DNA of 64,000 nt, from the NCBI RefSeq assembly GCF_009914755.1, contig NC_060930.1. One strand, written 5' to 3'. The stretch's first letter is position 1, and the number at the start of each line of letters is the position of its first letter. The notes beneath the pieces are model-generated. The model did not search any database and had not been told where the DNA came from. It was given only the letters and a program-made list of their open reading frames with translations. The DNA comes from the human T2T-CHM13v2.0 reference genome, Homo sapiens. The position numbers were made by a program, and so were the translations under genes. Below are positions 56,024 to 64,000 of this stretch, piece after piece.

Positions 56024-58830
56024 AGGGGACAGAGGAGGAAAAGGAATAAAGGAAGGCACTTTTTTAAAGCAGTCCCAGGGGTTTAGGATGACCCAAAAGG
56101 GATACAGACAGAAGATGATTGGCTACTCATCTAGAAAGTGGGGAGCAGGCATCCCTGGTTCCTTTCTCTTCCTAGCAAATTCCTGAGGTATGTGAAAAAG
56201 AGAAAGTGAGGTGTTCCTCTTTTTTTCTTCCATCCTTGTATCCCTGAGTCCCAGTGACCACAATAGGATGCCACCCATGGGTGTCAAAGCAGCTTTCACG
56301 CATGTTAAAAAGGGAGCCTAGAGAGTGGCAGTATCCATTCTTACCCTTGTATGCCCTATCTCTCCTGCTGTCAGTAGACAACCCCCTGCTTCCCTAGACT
56401 GTAGACCCCATCTCCCCTGCTCCTCTATACCCGATTTATGCTATGGACACTAACAAAATCTTTATCCATGAAACAGAAAGCTTAGCTTAATCAGCAGGAA
56501 TCAGTCATGCTCATTTGTGCTGTGCCTTTTAACTTTAGTTTTCATCGGCCTCTGGATCACTCAGATCTAGTTATCTTTCCTACGGCTTTCACTGGAAGCT
56601 TGGAATTGAGTTTGGGGCAAAAATTTGTCTCGGGCAGGTTGCATGGACTCCTTATCATAAACCGAATGCTAAGATGAAGCTGTGGAATTGAGTCCTCCTC
56701 CAACAAGGGAGAGAAAAGGATGTCTTGTGACATACCCAGATAACTGGTGGCTATAGTTATGCTTGCTAAGATTTGGGTGTATAGGGCTTGGCTTTGATTA
56801 GCTTCCTTGGTTTTACTTTCCCAAAAAGGAAACCTCCAGGTGATGGGAACCCTATTTATTCCCATCACCTGGCAGGATTTGCAGAATAATTGCTCAGAAT
56901 TAGAATATCAATCCATATTTTTACATCAGCCATCCCTCTTGTTCTTTCTGAGCTGCAGCTGGAGACTGCTGGTTGGTTCAAAGGAAAAAGCAGGGTTGGT
57001 CTAAAATCTAGGCAAAAACTTGAAAACAACAAATGAGTCGAGAATTTAATGATGAATGTATGATAAGTTTTGAAACATAACTTCTCTCACTGCAGTCCTC
57101 ATTTTTGTTAAAAAACACACGATAATAAGACTGAGTTGTTTGCAAAATAGACTTTATTCTCATACTTTGCCTGGTTATTTGCATAAAGCACAGCAAGAAT
57201 AATAATTTCTACCTAGGTCTTTTGGATTGACTTTGATGGAACTCTGTTCCGCAAGGAAGTACCCTCAAATACCTGTGAGTTGGGTTATCTTCTTCTCTTA
57301 AGGTACCAAGATAAACTTGAAGCTCCTGGGGACTTACACAGGTCAGGAACCCTGTTTAGGGACTGCCTATGCAAGGGTATGAGGCCAGTTTTCCCAAGGG
57401 GCTTTTATCAGCTCTGCAAGCCAAGTTTGACTCCTTAAAGGGACATGTACCCTTCCAGTCAAAACCTTGGTAAAACAAACAGCTTCTCTAATTGCATTCT
57501 ATTGCAAAAGTAAATGGATTCTTATTGCACTGATACAAACAACTATATTGCCATCAGTTAAGAATACTCACAGCTAGCTTCCAAATTCTGGGGAAACCAG
57601 GCAGAGAGAGAGAGAAACAGGCTCTAAATTTTGTTCATAGGAGTATACCTTACTAAATTATTAAAGGCCATAAATAATTCAAAATAAGTTTCCTTGACTC
57701 TGAAAAACAAAACAAGGATCAGCAATATTCCAAGCAAGAGTCAAAAAGATGGCTTCAGTTTTCTGAGTTTAGTCCATTTAATTAACTCACATTTTGCTTG
57801 ATATTTGGGAAGATTTAAGCTCTTCATAAGTCCTGTACATTTTTCTTTATTCCAATGTCACAATCTCCAAAGTTATCAGAAACCTGTATTTGAGAGCACC
57901 TGTCAGAGTTCTGTAGCTGATTATAAACCATATTTTGAAAAAGATCAAAACAAGACAATTGTCTGTGACGAACAAAAGGCCAGAGTAGTTACAGTTAAAA
58001 ATACAATTGCAAAAATGTTTGGTTATTTCTGTGGTTTACAATAACTTAATAACATAATAACTTTAATTATGATGAATAGCATATACTTTAGGCATTAGAA
58101 TTTTAGAAATTCCATACAATTTTGGAACATATATTAGTATTATTTACCAAAATATAACATAAAGAAGATTGAACACCATTTTACCAATCTCATGTATCCT
58201 AACATGTCAAATAATCTTGTTTACCTCTCTTCTGGATACTCTAGGAGGCTTCTGTAGCATCCAAAAGCCAGGCATCAGGAAAGACAGTTTTGAAACTTAA
58301 GTTTGATATTGGGAAGCCTGTCAAATGTTAGAGGTTTGTAACACTTGATGTTATGAAATAGAATTCCAGATTACCATAAGTTATTTATTTTGCCAAAATG
58401 ATGACTCAGAAATTTTAAAAAGCAAAACCCTTTTATAACCATTTACGAATTTTGCTAAAGAGCAGATTAGTACCTTAAGAGTACCTTGTTATGCTTTTAT
58501 TTCAATGCTCAATTGAGACAAAAACCATGTAATAACCTTTTGAATTTAGTTAACATGGTCACACATGGAATTTTTGCAAGATTAATTTTTATAAACCTTC
58601 CATTATTTATTTAGACCTTCAGCTTTATCTTATTAAATTCAAAACAATCATTTAACCCTAAGCAAAAATTTACATTTTGATGACATCTGCATTTTACCAA
58701 TAATCTTTAAGGCTGCTTTTATTTCTCAAAGATTAAAGTCACATGAACTAAAAGGTACCACAGCTTTTATCTTCTCTTTAAAAAACATTTGATTCAAGCA
58801 GTTATTTTTCTTTAGGCCAATTAATTAGAG

Positions 58831-59143
58831 TTTTTTTTTGTTTTTTTGGTTTTTTTTTTTTGAGGCAGAGTCTCACTCTGTCATCCAGGCTGGAGAGCAG
58901 TGGAATGATCTGAGCCCACTGCAACCTCCGCCTCCTGAGTTCAAGTGAATCGCCTACCTCAGCCTCCTGAGTAGCTGGGATTACAGGTGCTCAGCACCAT
59001 GCCCAGCTAATTTTTATATTTTTAGTAGAGACAGGGTTTTGCCATGTTGGCCAGGGTGGTCTTGAACTCCTGACCTCAGGTGATCCACCAGCCTCGGCCT
59101 CCCAAAGTGCTGGGATTACAGATGTGAGCCACCACATCCAGCC
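58831..59143 (-). mobile_element. AluSx-type element nested in the provirus
   Basis: T tail, then a full dimer ending 'cctgacctcaggtgatcc…gtgagccaccacatccagcc'. Confidence 0.95.
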
Positions 59144-59512
59144 TAGGGATCTTTTTTATAGCCATCACACACAACACATATATAACTACACAGACAGGCA
59201 GAAGAAAACACAGCAGTCGTAAGACTTCATTTGCCAATTTCTTAATTTGATTATTGGCCTCTCATGCATGCATTAAGAATGGGCAAGACAAAATGGAGAA
59301 AAAGAATTCAATTGACTGAGAAAAAAAACTTTTCCAGGAAAACAAGATCTCAGAAGAGAAAAACATAAAGGCCTTTAAAATATACCTATAACTTGGATAT
59401 CCACTTTTAGTTAAGCTGAGCACTCTTTAAGAAAATCCTTTTAAATTTGCTATTACCCGACTTTAGCCACACCCAGTGGCCAATATTTCTGGCTTTCAAA
59501 CCTTACTAAAAG

Positions 59513-60003
59513 TGTTGGGAGCAAGCCCCCCAAAATCTGGCCATAAACTGGCCCCAAAACTGGCCATAAATAAAATCTCTGCAGCAATGTAACATGTCCA
59601 TAATGGCCATAACACCCAAGCTGGAAGGTTGTGGGTTTACGGGAATGAGGGCAAGGAACACCTGGCCCTCCCAGGGCGGAAAACCACTTAGAGGCATTCT
59701 TAAGCCACAAACAAAAGCATTAGCGATCTGTGTCTTAATGGCGTGTTCCTGCTGCAATTAATTCGGCCCATCCCTTCGTTTCCCTTAAGGGATACTTTTA
59801 GTTAATTTAATATCTATAGAAACAATGCTAATGACTGGCTTGCTGTTAATAAATATGTGGGTAAATCTCTGTTCCGGGCTCTCAGCTCTGAAGGCTGTGA
59901 GACCCCTGATTTCCCACTTCACACCTCTATACTTCTGTGTGTGTGTCTTTAATTCCTCTAGCGCTGCTGGGTTAGGGTCTCCCCAACGGAGCTGGTCTGG
60001 GCA
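59513..60003 (+). mobile_element. MER9 (HERV-K HML-3) solo LTR nested in the provirus
   Basis: 'tgttgggagcaagccccccaaaatctggccataaactggccccaaaactggcc…aataaa…gagctggtctgggca'; TSD aaaag at 59508-59512 and 60004-60008. Confidence 0.92.
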
Positions 60004-60995
60004 AAAAGTAACCTCACAAGTGAAACCAACAAGCTTCAATTAAGGTTATGATTTAACTACAAGTATATGAGGTATTTTCTATGGGGGTAAGCAGTTCTTA
60101 CAAAATTTAGAAGCTTTAAAAGTAACCCAGAGAAAGGAAGATTTAAGAAAAAGCTAGAAGTTGTTCATGGAGGGGAAGAAAATCAGCAAATGGCACAAGT
60201 CACACAGATATCACCTCGAAAGTATTCATTTTCTAAGTCAGGATTGAACCCAGGTGCCATTGTAAAATGGTGAAGGCTAGAATAAAACATTGCCACATGG
60301 CTACAGGTCATGCTCCCAAGGGCATAACACAAGATAGAGGCCTGCAGCAGTTTGCTGCAGACCGTACAGAAGGTGATACAAAGCACACCAGATTGGCTAT
60401 AGCTGAAGAACAACCTCACAAATCCTTTTTCTTAATTAAAAATTTACAGAGAATATAATCAGTGATCCTTATCATTCCTGGCCTAGTAAAATGTCTTCTA
60501 AAAGGAAAAAAAAAAAGCTCTTCCTTAAGAGTTAACTGCTGACACGGTAGAGAGAAGGAAGAAAAAAAAGTTACAATGCAGGGTTGGAAAGATGCCCAGC
60601 GGAAGAAGGTCTTATTCTTACACAAATGGATTCCTTTCCCCCTGGCTCAGACCAAGTGAAAGTCTGGCCAGCCATCGCACAGGGCCTGGGCTCCTGAGGC
60701 TTCCTTGGGGCCTGGGCAGTGGCTGCCCTGCATGGCTGCTGGACACCACACACACATGCTGCAGACACAGTCATGTGCCGCCACCAGGAAGGAAGTGGGG
60801 CAGGGAGTTGCCGCTCTCTCAGCTGTCCTGCACGCAGGCCTGTGGCCATTGGGGTGGGTGTTGACCACCTCCCATATTTTAAAAGAAATGATAGATGCCA
60901 TTACTCTCCCCCGAAAAAAGAAGAAAAATGCCATACGACCAAAGGCTCAAAAATGAGTGTGAGAGGTTTTGGGTCCACATTTCACGCACCCTAAG

Positions 60996-61013
60996 GCCCC
61001 ACATTGGGCACCA
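60996..61013 (-). promoter_or_regulatory. Primer-binding site, tRNA-Lys(CUU) type
   Basis: Minus strand TGGTGCCCAATGTGGGGC, 4 nt from the 5' LTR. Confidence 0.88.
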
Positions 61014-61017
61014 AAAA

Positions 61018-61419
61018 TGTCGTGCAGAAAAACGGGTTCTTGTCACACGACCAGGAAAATTTAGGCAAACGGATGCATTGTAGGATGACTTGGGCAGGGT
61101 TTATTGGGTAAAAAAGAAAAAAGGAAAGAGGAACTCTCAGCAAAGCTAGAACGAGTTCTGCTAGTAGGTCTCCCACCTGATAGATTGAATCCCAGGTCAC
61201 TATCCAGGAAACGAAGAGGCCAGGCTCCTCACCCCTGCAAATGGCACAAACTTCCTGAGTCTCCCTCCCATCCTCCCAGTATGCATTATTCAGAGACAAT
61301 CAGCTGGCAAAGGGCGGGCTTCATCTAGGACCAGCAGTGGAGTTTTTCAGGCTTCAGGCTGTTTTAGGCTTAAAGGCAGAGTTTTGCTAGGGACCCTTGG
61401 CTATCTCTTGTCTCTATCA
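61018..61419 (-). mobile_element. 5' LTR (MER61-like)
   Basis: The minus strand starts 'tgatagagacaagagatagccaagggtccc', contains AATAAA and ends '…gaca' adjacent to the PBS. Confidence 0.88.
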
Positions 61420-61880
61420 ATAATATTTACTCATTTACTCATGACCACAAATTTAAATAAAGTCTCCACTGATTTCAGCCTGAATGTAAGGCACCTTATA
61501 GTGAGCAAGTAAGACAAGGTAGATAAAAACATTTCTTCTGCCTTCATCACAATCATTAATAAAGTGGAAATAATTCCAGGCTTAGAAAATTTCATAAGTT
61601 AAATAAAAAGCAGTGATAAACTTTTTTAGACTCTTGCTTTGTAAGGTTTTGAAGGCTTCACTAAAATCGTTGAAAATTAACAATAAATTCAGGTAGGAAA
61701 TTCAGAACAGGCCACACAAAAACTTCAGTTAAGACTATTTTATACAATTTGAATCACACATTCCATCAGTTAGGATTCTAACCAGAAACCCAAAGCTTAA
61801 ATCAACAATTAAGATTCCAACATATTATATTTGTGATTATTAATACATTTTAACATTTCTGCATATATATATATATATAG

Positions 61881-62160
61881 TTGTTGTTGTTTTTAAGGCA
61901 GAGTCTTGCTCTGTTGCCAGGCTGGAGTGCAGTGGCACGGTCTCAGCTCACTCCTGGGTTCAAGCGATTCTCCTGCCTCAGCCTCCCGAGTACCTGGGAC
62001 TACAGGTGCAGGCCACCATGCCCAGCTAATTTTTATATTTTTAGTAGAGATGGGGTTTCACCGTGTTGGCCAGGATAGTCTCAATCTCTAGACCTCGTGA
62101 TCAGCCTTCCTCGACCTCCCAAAGTGCTGGGATTACAGGCGTGAGCCAGCATGCCCGGCC
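61881..62160 (-). mobile_element. AluSc-like element with a small internal deletion
   Basis: 'ggcagagtcttgctctgttgccaggctgg…ttggccaggatagtctcaatctc…gagccagcatgcccggcc'; similar flanks 'gcatatat' and 'acatatat'. Confidence 0.92.
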
Positions 62161-64000
62161 TTTACATATATTTTTAATCACTGTGGTAAAGTGTCATAAT
62201 CCATTTCCCAAGTTTCTCAGGAAAAAGCGACTATTAAGCAAAATGCAATTATATATAATCACTAAGTGTGTGATCTCCAGATGCGTTTAAAAAAATTTAA
62301 TGAAACTTATAAAAGTTCATAAAATTGAACTTGACAAACATCTGATTTTAATTTTTTTTTGGTATTTAATAGAGGTAATTTTAATTTAAACGATGAAGAA
62401 TGTCAATCACTGGTATTTTCATGGGCCTAGGTATCATCTTGATACAAATACACAAAAGTGCAAACAGTAAGTTCTTTAAACTGACAGCTGTACTTATAAC
62501 TTGTTTCCATCAAATAAAAGTGATAATATTTATAAATATGCCTAAATTATTATATCAAGCACATTTTAAATTTTTCTTATTAAAATTCATTTTAGAAGCA
62601 TACATAAAATATTTAACACCATTGGGTGAATAGTTTTTTCTTATAGAATGTAAAGCTGTTAATTCAGTTTAATTATAGACTTGGTATACATAAATCACAT
62701 TATTAGTTATTAAAAGATGAACTGTTTTGTATAACACAAAGCTTAATTTTAAAAAAAATTGATTGAAATACATCATATGCAGAATTTGAGAAAAAAAAAA
62801 ACACAATTTAATACCCAGTTCCCATTTGCTTTGTAAAAATTAGGTAATTCAATTCAATGATCTTTAAACTGCCTTTTGAGAATTAATGAAACTAATGGTT
62901 TTTGAGCTTTCATGTGAGGTCAAACCCTTTACTAAGTAACTTAACACATCTGAGTAAGTTCATAACTAATATTTAGGGAAAATTCAATTACACAAAAAAT
63001 ATAACTTATTTGTAACTGTGCACACAAAGGAGGAGCCAGACCACTCACCACTGTTTTTGACCCCTCACAGAAATTACCACTATTATATCATACTGTCTCA
63101 GTTTGGAATCCTTGACAAATCTAATGAGTTAGAGGGGGTACAAAGACAAAGAAAATGAAATAAATTGTTTCAGGGATAGGAGTGAAGGTTTTTCAGGTAT
63201 TATGAAAAGTAGACTATGTTTTTCTTGTACTTTTTCATCCACAAATTTCCCCTAATAGTTCAGATTAGAAGATATTGAGTATTTTCCTGTCCTTTCCTCT
63301 TTATTCTCCTTTATCATACCTTTGTCATCACATTCTCATTATTTTTATTATTTTGCTTTAGTTACAATTTTGTAATAAGAAATACTTTGGATAAGAATCA
63401 GAGTTACAACTTTGATGCATACTAGATATAAATAAAAACTACATTCTAGTGCCTTACTATCTGAAGTTTGTAAATTTTGGACAAGTGATAATCACATTTC
63501 TAATAGCATAAAATTAGTGTATGTAAGCATATCCAATCTATTAAATCAGAAACAGAAGTATCTAACTGTATCTTGTGATTATTCATAAGATAGTCAAAAG
63601 AAACCCTTTACTGAGATTTAGTGCATATTCAAGGAGTCACTGTCTATTTAGATCAGTGGTGGTAAGTAGTCATTTTAAACGTACAACAATAAGAATTTAA
63701 AACTAATCTTCTCTGTCCACCCACACCCTCATAAACCATAGTGGAATTAGGCATTTATGTAATTTCCGGACTGCCACACTGTATTATGTGCATTCAAAAT
63801 AGGCTTACATACCAAGAACCTTAGGGGACTGAATGTAATTGCTCTATTTAGAAGGTAGAATGCAGTTTAGGTCTTCTGTTCATAATGCATCAGGATTGTA
63901 CAAACCTACTATAATTTAAAGTCATTATTGAAATCTTCATAGCATGAGATAACTCCTTTTGCATCTTTGAGTGCCTTGGTATAAAGCTCCTTATGTTCAA

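Larger units (their letters stand above)
54728..61419 (-). mobile_element. Two-LTR non-autonomous class I ERV (MER4 group, MER61-like LTRs)
   Basis: Direct LTRs 54728-55115 and 61018-61419, PBS 60996-61013, AT-rich non-coding internal region, and a perfect 4-bp TSD ataa (54724-54727 and 61420-61423). The family name is less certain than the structure. Confidence 0.88.

Noticed and set aside
60571-60994. Cluster of overlapping ORFs in GC-richer sequence
   Set aside because: This is the GC-rich proviral leader just downstream of the PBS, where stops are scarce; no gag similarity is visible.
62160-64000. Possible gene features in the terminal unique AT-rich region
   Set aside because: No convincing exon, ORF or RNA-gene signature by eye.

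Overview
This is AT-rich, repeat-dominated primate (human-like) nuclear DNA, probably intergenic or deep-intronic. I find no convincing cellular protein-coding gene, RNA gene or CRISPR array. The informative ORFs in the track are fragments of L1, Alu or endogenous retroviruses. Main contents: (1) an old minus-strand L1M (~110-7800) carrying nested LTR elements; (2) a full-length but dead L1PA4-like LINE (8607-14717) with TSDs and an ORF0; (3) a two-LTR MER66-type provirus (16272-23455) with a decayed ERV-V/EnvV-like env; (4) an older plus-strand L1MA with a complex templated insertion; (5) a 5'-inverted twin-primed L1PA (43330-45707); (6) a second two-LTR MER61-like provirus (54728-61419) with nested THE1B, Alu and MER9; plus solo LTRs, Alus, MIR/L2 and MER5. 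The most unusual structures are three. The first is a single-TSD provirus whose 5' LTR is HERV-L MLT2A2 but whose body and 3' LTR are THE1A, joined exactly at the PBS. The second is a TSD-bounded Alu fragment carrying a 98-bp 3' transduction. The third is a ~610-bp insertion built from inverted copies of local sequence. Subfamily names come from my recall of consensus sequences, not from a database search. Boundaries without a stated TSD are approximate.
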